Positions 37,099 to 49,000 of a stretch of DNA of 64,000 nt are shown here, in pieces (positions within the stretch are counted from its first letter, which is position 1; every line of letters starts with the position of its first letter). Below the pieces are notes generated by a model, which worked only from the letters and a program-made list of their open reading frames with translations, made no database searches and was not told where the DNA came from. Both the position numbers and the translations under genes were made by a program. The stretch is from a bacterium (GTDB taxonomy: Bacteria > Bacteroidota > Ignavibacteria > UBA10030), in contig JAZDJN010000101.1 of NCBI GenBank assembly GCA_043803945.1, forward strand, positions 12,790-76,789, given 5' to 3'.

Positions 37099-40000
37099 TT
37101 ATTGCGTCTTTACCTGGAGCATGAATGGTTGTGCATCTTCCTGCCGCTTCTCGCCGGTTTTCTGCTGCCGCTGAATTGTCATTCGACTGATGAGTGAACC
37201 TTTGGCTGCTACTTCATCTGTCACTTCTACTTCAAAGAGCAGGACGGTCGTTTCTTCGCTGCCACACTGAATCGTCAACGTGTTGCCGACTGTCGTAACA
37301 TCGGCTACACCCTTCAGTTTATAAATCGAATTCGGCACCAACTGCAATCCCTTTGCCAGCGAATCGACGACAACGGTCTGCTCAGCCATTGTGGCTGCGG
37401 AGCGATTCAATTCGAGATGCATAAAGAGCCGCTGGCCTTTGCTCACCGTCATGGTGGAATCAAACTGATCACGTCCGGCCTTCGGTACCAATCGCCGGCT
37501 TGCCACACCGGTCGAATCGATGCCACCCTCGGCAAACACACCGTTGACAAAAATATTTCGGAGAATTCTCATCTCGACCCGACGATTGCTCTGACGGCCA
37601 ACCGGTGTGGAGTTTGCTGCCACCGGCCGCTTCGAACCAAATCCCATAGGCTTGATCTTTTCTGGATTAATGCCGTAGGAGGAGCGGAGGTACTTTGCAA
37701 CCGTATGGGCACGGGCCATTGAAAGACTCATCGCTGCACTTTCGCCCTTCTCTCCAGCTTCTCGGGAATCTGTGTGGCCTTCAATAATCACCTGCGCTTT
37801 TCGATCCTGCGTGAGCATAATGCTCGCAATCTTTAATGCGGTAATATTCGTATCGATGATCGCTGACTGAGCTTCATTGAATAATATTCCGGAGAGCACA
37901 TAGTTCGAATTTCTGCTTCGAATGCCGATCGCGGTTTCCGTGCGGGTTACAAGTGTATCGGTTATCGTCACAGCGTCGTTGCCTATCCAGTAGGTCACCT
38001 TCTGGGTTCTGGATTTCAATGTCACACGATCGCTCCTCGGTGTCACGACATTCAGTTTATACTCCAGGGTCTTCTTGAAGCTGCGTCCGATCCCTTCGAT
38101 GCTCCATACTACTGATTGATCCTGGACGGAAGCCTTGAGAGGAGTACCATTGAGTTTGCCGCTTCCCTCGACGAACTGATATCCCTTGTCCAACTGATCC
38201 TGAATCTCGATCTTCGAGATCGATGCCGATCCTCGATAGGAAATTGGAAGTTGAATGGTAACAGAGAGCGTATCGAGGTTTTGCACTCGTTCCTGCTCCG
38301 TTTGAATATCGAATTCCACACGACGATTATTCGCACGTCCCTGCACAGTTGTGTTCGAAGCAATGGGCCGTGTCTCGCCGTAGCCGCGTGTCGTGATTTG
38401 CTCCGGAGTGCAGCCCAACACATTGACCAGATAATTCTTCGCAGCGTTCGCACGTCCATCCGAAAGCTCGAAGTTGTTCTTGAATTCCTTTGTGTTGATC
38501 GGCGACCAATCCGTATGCCCGGAGATGACGACACGCGTCCTGGCATTTTCCCTTAGCTGCTTGCCGAGTTGATTTAAGAGCGAGAATGCTGCTGGCTTCA
38601 GCACGGCTTTCCCGACTTCGAAATTCAATCCTGAGAGTGTCAGATCCGGCAGCCGTTCTTCCTGCGTGAAGACCAGGTTCTGTGGCTCGGCAATTCTTCT
38701 GATGGTTAACTCACCGGATGCCGCCACAGTCTTTCTCAAGAAGACCGGTTCCCACACAATTGTCGGTGTCAGGTCTTCGAGATAGAAATCGGCTCGGGCA
38801 ATACCGCTGGCAGGCAGCTTCACAAACCGCGACGCCGGATCGCCGGCAAATTCATTGTAGCCGACAATCAGGTTCGAGAACTTTGGCAATGACGCTTTTC
38901 GCACCATAATCACATGCTCACCCGGCTCGATATCCGGAATAGAGTACTTGCCATCATCGCCGGTAACGATCCGGATACCGCCCTCGGTAATAAGCTCCAC
39001 TCCCTTGATACCAACTTCGCCGAAATCCTGATGGGCATTCCGATTGCGGTCGAAGAACACCTTGCCGATGATGACGCCGCGCTCGGTAAAGAGCCCCCGT
39101 TGAATTTGGACTTGTTCCACCGCCGAGGCGCTGGAGACAATCACCTTATTCAGAGCATTCGCAAATGCAGTTGCAGTATTGATACCATCGCTCTCAATAC
39201 CACCGGCACCAACCACAAGGCGATACATAAATTCTATTGTTTCATTTGGTGCAATTGAATCAGCGACCAGGAATCGTAATTCACGAGTGCCGGTCGGCTC
39301 CGGAAGTTTCACAGTGCCGCGGTACGCTGAGTTTTCAACGTAACGGAACCCAAACGGAATACGATCGGCGACCTGAACATCCGTTAAGGTAAGGCCGGTC
39401 GTTCTGTTGGTGACTCTGATCTGATAGGTTACGATATCACCGACTTCAACCATTTTCTTCAGTGCGATCTTCACAATCTGGAGTTCCGGCACCAGGACTT
39501 TTGTATTCACGATTGAAGTCATCGGGTACGCTTCATTCGATGTCACCACTGCTCTGTTGACAAGGGTCAGCAATCCTTTGAGTGAATCGGCAAACCGCAC
39601 CGTGACAGATGCTGAGAACTTGTTCGCGGCACCGCCGACAGAGTCAAGTTTTCCAATACTCCAGACCACCCGATGATTTAAGGAATCGTAGCCGCCGCCA
39701 TTCGTCGCAGAGATGAACCGCATACGGCGGTCGAGCGAGTCGACGACAATCGTATTCGTTGTCGCTATTCTTCCGATGTTTGTCAGCGACACGCTATAGG
39801 TGACAGTGTCTTTTGCATTTGCTTCCGCCGGTCCATTCTTCACGAACGCAACTTCTGGATTCAGAATGATCGGTATGTTCACATTGAGAACATAGTGACC
39901 GCTATCGGGTAATGAGGTTCGAACAGTACCTTCAAGCAAGCCATCGTGGATACTGATTTCATATTTCCCTTGAGGCAAATCACCGAAGAGATACATCCCC

Positions 40001-43000
40001 AATGTATCGGTGATGGTCGAATCGAGCAGTGTCGAATATTCCAAAGCACTTGGAACTTTTGCCGGACGCTGATCAACGATTCGGTGCAAATAGACCTTGA
40101 TATATTGACCGGCTACCGGTTGACCGGAGACAATGAAGTACACCTTTCCGGAAATGAACGATCGGTTCAACACCGGAGGATGTCCTCCTGTACCAGGCAC
40201 CTCGACACGAACGATTGATCTCACGGGAACGGGCACACCGAACCGATCAAGCACCGTGATCACTACTCGGTAATTATCCGTTTTGGGCACGGGAATCATA
40301 TAATGGCCGTCTTGCAGCGTGATCTGACTACCAACGAACTGTCCTGTAGAAGTGAAGACCTCGACCAATGCACCTTCAACCGGTTGTTCAGTCTCATTAT
40401 CCATGATCTCTCCTGCAATGGCGCCCGGATAGAAAACGATATCAATCGAGGAAGAGGCATTGCAAAGATCGGACTCTGACACAGAAACAACAGCTTTTGC
40501 CGTCACAATTGAATTACTCGAAATAAGTGCTCTCAAGGAATCGATTGCATAGCCGTTCTTCGTCGGCACAGCCATGGAATCGAGACCGTTGGAATAGAAC
40601 CCGATATCAGTCTTGAAATGAACAATGCTGCCATCCGGTTTCGGATTGCCCAGCGTATCAGCAACAAATGCTTCAATACTCGCAGCCTGAATTCCATTAC
40701 CGATCACCAGAAGCGGAGTGACACGCAGGTGGATGGCGCACGACTTGTCGACAACGATGGCTCTTGTCCATATGACGGCGCGACCCGTATCTGCCCTGGT
40801 GGTGTCGATATAGCCGTACGCGATATTTGGAATCTGCTCATTGTGCGGACGATCTGATGGCACGGTTGCCACGACAAAAATTGTATCGCGCTGGAGAGAG
40901 AGCATCGAATCACGGCGTGCTGCAATGATGTTGTTTGCGAGTGCTGCATTATTCGAAACACTTACCGGCACCAGCGGAGCTTTCAGCGTGTCGAGAATTG
41001 AAACATTATAAATTGTATGATCGGATTTATTCTGGAAGATGATCCGGTAGTTTGCGTTCTCTCCGACCGTCACGACTTCTCGCTCTGCATACTTCCAGAC
41101 TTCAAGATCATCGCCGGATCCTGAGCCACCCGTCGGTTTGCGCGTAATGAAGATTGCCTGCGCGCGGCGCACTTCGCCTGGTAATTCTTTTGCCTGTGCA
41201 GTGACCGTATTCAGAATGCGGGTGTTCACCGGTGCATCCTGTTTCAGCCTGGCATCAATGAACACAGTATCCCGTTTTCCAACAGAGAGGGAATCGAGCT
41301 GATAGGTCACAATGTTGTTCGCCAACGCAGCATTCTGTGAGACTGAAACTCCAAGAATCTCAGCAGCAAGCGTATCTACAAAACTGATATTCGTTAATTT
41401 GACTTCGCCAGTATTGTGCAGGACGATTGTGTACCGGAGCGTTCCGCCAAGTTCCACAGTGTCAAGCGAAACAGACTTGCTGATTGCCAATTGCGGTACC
41501 AACACAACACCGCCACCCTGCTTCTTCGTGACGAAGATAGCTGTTGATCGTTTTAATTCACTTCCGAGTTCCCTGGCACCGGCATACGCTGTATTGCTCA
41601 CCTGTTGATTGGCGGCAACGGAGGAATCAACCTGAGCCTGAATAAACAATGTGTCGCGCTGACCAACCTTTAACGAATCGCGACGATAGGTGATGATATT
41701 ATTGTCAACCTGCGCTCCGGGGAACACTGCGACCGATCTAAGCTTGCTTGAGAGGGTATCTACCAGCTCGACATTCTTCAGTGTAAGATCGCCCGTGTTC
41801 TCCAGTATGATGGTGTAGAGTACTGTTCCGCCAAGTTCCACCGTGTCAAGCGAAACGGACTTGCTGATTGACAATTGCGGTACCAACACAACACCGCCAC
41901 CCTGCTTCTTCGTGACAAAGACTGCCGTTGACCGTTTCCACTCGCCTCCGAGTTCCCGAGCTCCTGCAAATGCTGTATTGCTCACCTGTTGATTGGCGGT
42001 AACGGAGGAATCAACCTGGGCCTGAATAAACAATGTGTCGCGCTGACCGACCCTTAACGAATCGCGCAGATAGGTGATGATATTGTTGTTAACCTGCGCT
42101 CCGGGGAATACTGCGACCGATCTAAGCTTGCTTGACAAAGTATCGACCAGTGTGATATTCTTCAGTGTGAGATCGCCCGTGTTTTCCAGGATGATGGTAT
42201 AGAGTACTGTTCCGCTAAGATCGACAGAATCCTTCGAGACGCTCTTGCGAAGCGCGATCTGCGGATGTGTCCCTGAGCCGGTCGATGTACCTCTGATATA
42301 GACGATCGCTTCAGCTTCGTACCATATATAGCCTGCTAATGAAGTGCCATTATCAGTCGAGGGTGCCACCAATTCATTTGCACTCGCCCACACGTCATTG
42401 ATAATCGTCTGATTTTCCTTCACTGTCGGGAGCACCCGTACCGGGATTTCAAATTGGAACGATTCACCGGGATTTAACAATTCTTTTGAATAGGTCACTA
42501 TCTGTTCGCGCTGACCGGCAGTTCCAGCATCGGAAAGAAGATCGATATACTGACTTGGCAGCGTATCAAGTACACTTATTCCAGTGAGAGGAGCCCAGCC
42601 TTTGTTCGTCAACCGGATTGTATAGAAGTAGAGCCCACCGATATCGACTGTATCCTGCGAGGCTTTCTTTGTCAGTTCAAGTTTGTACTGAACATTCTTG
42701 ATCAAGAGTGATGCCTGCGCAGACTGACCCTGGATCAATGAGGCACCGGCAGTTGCATTGTTCACAAGAGTGGTGTTTTCGGATGTCGTCACAACAGCGA
42801 GAATCAGGTACGTTTCATCAGCACCAACTCTCACGGTATCTTTTATCCAGGAAATGTTTGCACCGGAGACTTGCGGATTACCAGTAGCGGAGAGGAACGC
42901 CAATCCGACCGGGAGAACGTCGCTTACACGCACTGTCGCCAATGGAAGCTCACCGGTGTTTTGTACTTTCAACGTATAGGTAACAGTATCACCTTTACGA

Positions 43001-46000
43001 GCTTCCACCGGCAGCACCTGCTTCCTGAAGGCCATTCCCCTCTTCGCACTCACGGTGATGGTTGTTGTTGCAGATTTCATGCCCGTCTCGTTCGGTTTTG
43101 CATACACGGTATTGAGTATGAGCTGTCCATCGTTCAGGTCAGGTGACACACGTGCGATAATACTTATCGAGGATGTTGCACCGACTGCCAGGTTATCAAT
43201 GACAAACTGTTGCAATTCACTTGCATCGGATGTTTTCTTGGAATTTGCAGAGAACGTTGATGCTCGTGAATTCAGCAGCATCGATGAGAGCGAATCAACC
43301 ACAACAATATTCGTCAATGGGACATTGCCGGTATTGATGACATTGATCGAAAAGAATACTTCTTCGCCTGCCTTCGGATTCGAGGGGGTAGCGACTTTGG
43401 TGATCGTGAATGATGGCTGTGCCGCAATGGTCCGGACGGCAGCGCTGGAGGAAACAGGTGTTACCTGCTGCGCTCCGGCGTAGGCGGTATTGCGAACTAT
43501 CTGGCCTGATGCAACTGACAATGAGAGGTTCGCTGTCACAACGATTGTATCTTGTTTACCGGCCTGCAGCGAATCGAGTTGATACGTCACGACATTGCCA
43601 TTCAACATCACCTTCTGAGAAGCCTTTACTGATGTCAGGAGTGCGTTCAGCGTATCGGAAACGATCACTCCCTTTGCGGTGACGGTTCCGGTATTTGCCA
43701 CGATGACGCGGAATGTCACCGTACCACCGCCGATGGTAGTATCCGGCGACACCGTTTTCTGAATTGAAAGTTTTGGCGTTGGCGGCGGAACCACAATCCG
43801 CGTCGCAACCTTCACGGTGTTACTAGGGATCATACCAGACAATCCTGAAGCACCGGCATAGGCAACGTTCGTGATCGTCTTACCGGAAGTATTCTCTGTC
43901 AGCACACGAACTGTTACACTCACCGAATCGGACTGATTGATGCGCAGCGTATCTCTGGTATAGAGGATCAGATTGCCGGCAATCCGTGCATTATTGCTGA
44001 CGAACACCGGAGCAATAAGCGCAGCGTTCAATGTATCCGCCAGAGAGATCTTGGTCAGCGGAATATTTCCGATATTCTCCACCCGTATCAGGTAGCTGTA
44101 GGTGTCGCTGGCATTTACCGTGTCTATCGATGCTTGTTTCGTCAAGCGCATCTGAGTAACCGGAACAAACGGCTTCACCTGGAGCGATACTTTCGATTGG
44201 ATAGGCGAGGTGTCTGATGACGAACCATAGGCTGTGTTCTCAACCACCTCAGTATTCGTTATCGATAAGGAGACTGAAGCCTGAATCTTTAATGTATCGA
44301 TCGAACCGATCGGCAGGTTTGAGATTGTATACTTTACAAGCGCTGCTGTTCCTGCCGGAGTGACGGTACCTTTTGCACTCGTAACAGTTGTGAATTTTGA
44401 AGAAACCGTATCGACGATGACGACATTGCTCAGCGGGGCTGAACCGATATTTTGAATGGCAATCCTAAACTCAACGTTCTCACCACCGACGGCAGACGAC
44501 TTCGACACGAGCTTCTTGATCGATAAAAGCGGTTTCGGTGGAGGTGGTGTCGTACCGACAGTAATTTGGGCTGATGCCGTCTGTGTAAGACCGGTATTGT
44601 CTTTCGCACTTGCCATGTTTGTAATCGAAGTTTCTGATGGTGTACCTGCCTGAATCCTTGCACTCACTTGTAGTGTTGTCGTTGCTCCGACGCCGAGTGA
44701 GGAGACTGTCCATGTTGCCTTGTTTCCAGAGACCACCGCTCCCACCGCATTTTGCAGGATGAGCTGAGCCGGCAGCGAATCGACGACAGTCAGTTGACTC
44801 AGGTTGGCCGTTCCATTGTTTCGAAGAATCAGATTGTACGTTACATCGTCGCCCGGCAACACGGTCGAAGACGATGCGACCTTATTCAAAGTGAAGGAGC
44901 GGAATGGCAGTGTGATTGTAACGATGCTCGCCGACGAACTCACAGTGGTGTTATTGACATTCTTCACACTGACCGTATTCGTTATCGATGTTCCCGGTGT
45001 AACGGTCGAAAGAATCGAAGCTTTCAGTGTCAATGTCTGCACTGCTCCGACGGCCATGCTTCCAAGATTCCACGTCGCCGTGTTTCCGGAGATTGTCGAA
45101 CCGGAAGCACTCACAAGCTGCATTCCGGATGGCACTGCATCGGTTACCACAACCTGGATGACCGGAACTGAACCGGTATTTCTCACAACGATTGAATAGG
45201 TAATCGTATCACCGGCAACTGGATTGGTGACTGAAGAGGTCTTGCTTACGGCAAAGACCGGCGAGGGCGGAGTCTGTGTGATAACGGTTGCCGACGAAGA
45301 AACCGATGTGTTGTTGACATCCGTCGCTGTTGCTGTATTTGTAATGGAAGTACCACCTGCGACTGTCGAGAGCACGGATGCCCGCAAGGTAAGTGTTGAA
45401 CCAACTCCGATGGCAAGTGTACCAACATTCCATGTCACTGTAGAACCGGCAATCGTTGCACCGGAAGCCGCTATGAGTTGCAGTTGCGCCGGCACCACAT
45501 CAACGATTGTCAATTGATTCACAGCCAGCGTACCGGTGTTCTTTGCTGTGATCGTATAGGTCAGTGTATCACCAGGCAATGGATTACTGATGGATGCCGT
45601 CTTGCTCAACGTGAAGGCGGTGCTTCCCGGAGTGATCGTAATGATCGAAGCAGAAGCGCTCACGGTTGTGCCGGCAGCATCGGTTGCATTGGCGGTATTC
45701 TGGATCGTGGTGTTGCCGGCAACGCTCGTAAGCACCTTTGCATTGAGCTGCAGCGAAATTGTCGTGCCCACGGCAACAGTACCGAGATTCCATGTCGCTG
45801 TGTTACCTGCAATCGTTGCACCGGCTGCTGAGACTAATTGCAGTTGAGCAGGCAATGCATCGACCACGTTCAATTGAATGATAGCTACTGATCCGGTGTT
45901 CTTCACTGTAATCGAATACAGCACGGTGTCGCCGGGCAGCGGATTGTTCACCGAAGCGGTCTTGTTGATCGTAAACACGGGTGACGGCGGTGTCTGTGTC

Positions 46001-49000
46001 GTCACACTTGCTGAGGAGGAGACTGAAATATTATTGACATCACTCGCTGTTGCAGTATTGGTGATCGTCTTTCCGCCGGCTACAGAAGAAATTACTGTCG
46101 CTTGCACGGTCTGCGTTGTTGTTGCTCCCACAGCCAGCGTGCCCAGATTCCACGTTGCCGTATTGCCGGAGATTGTCGCACCGGTGGCACTGGTAAGTTG
46201 CAGCTCGGCGGGCAACGCATCGACGAGCGTGAGCTGATTGACAGAAACCGAGCCGGTATTTTTTATCGTAATAGTGTAAGTCAACGCATCACCGGGCAGC
46301 GGATTATTCACTGAGGCCGTCTTGCTGATGGTAAAGACTGGTGATGGCGGTGTCTGCGTAATGGCACTGGCAGAGGATGAGACCGTTGTGTTGTTGACAT
46401 CGGTTGCCGTTGCCGTGTTCAGAATGGTTGTGCCGCCTGCGATCGAAGCGAGCACGGTTGCCTGGATGCTCAATGTTGATGTTGCCCCGACAGCGAGTGT
46501 ACCGAGATTCCATGTGGCAATACTGCCGGAGATTGTCGCACCAGCAGCAGTCTGGAGCTGCATCGTTGCAGGAATTGTATCGACCACTGTCAGTTGATTG
46601 ACCGGGACCGAGCCGGTGTTCTTCACAACGATCGTGTAGACCACTGCATCACCCGGCATTGGATTATTCACAGAGACTGTCTTGCTTACCGTAAAGACCG
46701 GTGCGGGCGGCGTCTGTGTTGTCACATCTGCAGAAGAAGAGACCGTTGTGTTGTTGATATCTGTCGCTGTTGCCGTATTCGTGATGGTAATTCCACCTGC
46801 GACCGAGGAAAGTACTTTTGCCTCGATGGTCAATGTCGATGTTGCGCCAACTGCCAGAGTACCGAGGTTCCACGTTGCCGTAGTACCGGATACTGTTGCT
46901 CCTGCTGCGCTGATCATTTGCAAACCGCTCGGCAGTGCATCAACAATCGTAAGCTGATTGACCGGAACGGAGCCGGTATTCTTCGTTACAATTGTATAGA
47001 CGATTGTATCGCCGAGCATCGGATTGCTTACAGAGACAGTCTTACTCACCGTAAAGACCGGTAAGGGTGGTGTCTGGGTCGTCAGGCTCGCAGAAGAAGA
47101 GACGGAAACATTATTGACATCCGTCGCTGTGGCAGTGTTTGTGATCGTTGTTCCACCCGCAACGGAAGAGAGAACTGCCGCTTGAATTGCGAATGACCTG
47201 GAAGCTCCTACGGCGAGAGTATCGATATTCCATGCAGCTTTATTGCCGGCAATTGTCGCACCCGAAGCGCTTACCAGTTGAAGTTCTACAGGCAACAGAT
47301 CGATAACGGCAACTTGAATAACCGGATTCGTACCTGTGTTTCGGACAACGATGGCGTAGGTCACTGTATCGCCGGGCAATGGATTGTTGATGGAGACCGT
47401 CTTACTGACCGTAAAGGTTGTCGTTCCTGCAGTAACCGTTGTAATATCGACTGAAGCATTAAGCGATGTGTTATTGACATCAGTCGCTGATGCGGTGTTC
47501 GTTATGGTTGTACCGCCAGCCACCGATGAAAGAACGGTTGCCTGAACGGTTACGGTCGATGTGGCGCCAACTGCTAACGTGCCAATGTTCCATGTTGCAG
47601 TATTACCGGAAACCGTTGCACCGAAAGCACTCGTGAGCGATAACTGAGCTGGCAGGCTATCGACGACCGTTAATTGATTCACTGCCACCGAGCCGGTGTT
47701 CTTCACCGTAATCGTATAGGCGATAGCATCGCCGGGGAGCGGGTTGTTGACAGATGCTGTTTTGCTGATTGTAAAGAGCGGTGATGCCGGTGTTGCAGTG
47801 GAGATACTCGTCGAGGATGAAACAGAAATATTATTGTCATCGGTAGCTGTGGCCGTATTGGTGATTATCGTGCCACCGGCAACAGAAGTGAGCACTGAAG
47901 CCTGTATTGTGAGAGTTGATGTTGCACCAACCGCCAATGTACCAAGATTCCACGTTGCTGTATTGCCGGTAATCGTTGCGCCCGCGGCGCTCGTGAGTGA
48001 AAACTGAGCTGGCACTACATCGACAACCGTCAATTGATTGACTGCGACCGTGCCGGTATTCTTCACCGTAATGGTGAACGTTACAGCATCGCCGGGCAGC
48101 GGATTATTGACGGAAGCAGTTTTACTGATTGTAAAGACCGGTGTCGGTGGTGCGCTGACCGTTACCGCTGCAGAGGAAGAGATGTTTAAGTTCGTGCTAT
48201 CTTTTCCCGTTGCCGTGTTCGTAATTGTTGTTCCTGCTGCAACCGAGGATAAGACTGTTGCCTGTACGGAAAGCGTCGTTGTTGCACCAACCGCCAATGT
48301 GCCAACATTCCATGTTGCCGTATTTCCGCTGATGGTTGCGCCTGCAGCGCTGGTTAACTGCAACTGTGCCGGCAACGGATCTGAGACAACGAGCTGAGTA
48401 ACTTCAATCGGGCCGGTGTTTTTTACTGCGATTGTATAGGTTAACGCATCACCCGGCATCGGATTATTGACGGATGCCGTCTTGCTCACCGAGAATACTG
48501 GTACTAATGGTGTTAGCGCCGAGAAGGTCGCCAACGCTGAATACGTTGTTCCAGCATTATCTGTCACCTGCACTGAATTTGATACGATAGTACCAACAGC
48601 AATTCCACCCTTCATCCGGGCAGTGAGTGAGTAGGTACTTGTTGCATTCTGAGCAAGCGATGCTACCGACCAGGTTACCGTATTGCCGGAAATTGTTGCA
48701 CCCGGAGCGCTCACTACAACCAGTTCGACTGGCACGGTATCAACGACCGGTACATTACTCTCGACACCATTACCGCCATTCTTCACGGTGATCGTGTATG
48801 TGATGAAGTCATTCGTTGTTGCGGTGCTCATCGATGACTGTTTCTGCACCGAAAGATTATGGACAGTGGCAACGAAGACGGACGCAATATTGCTCTGCGC
48901 GGTTAAATTTACACCGCTTATAGTTGAGTACTGGACAGTACAGATGTTATCGATCTGCGTACCAGCGGCCGTTTGTGAAAAGACAACATTACTGCTCACC

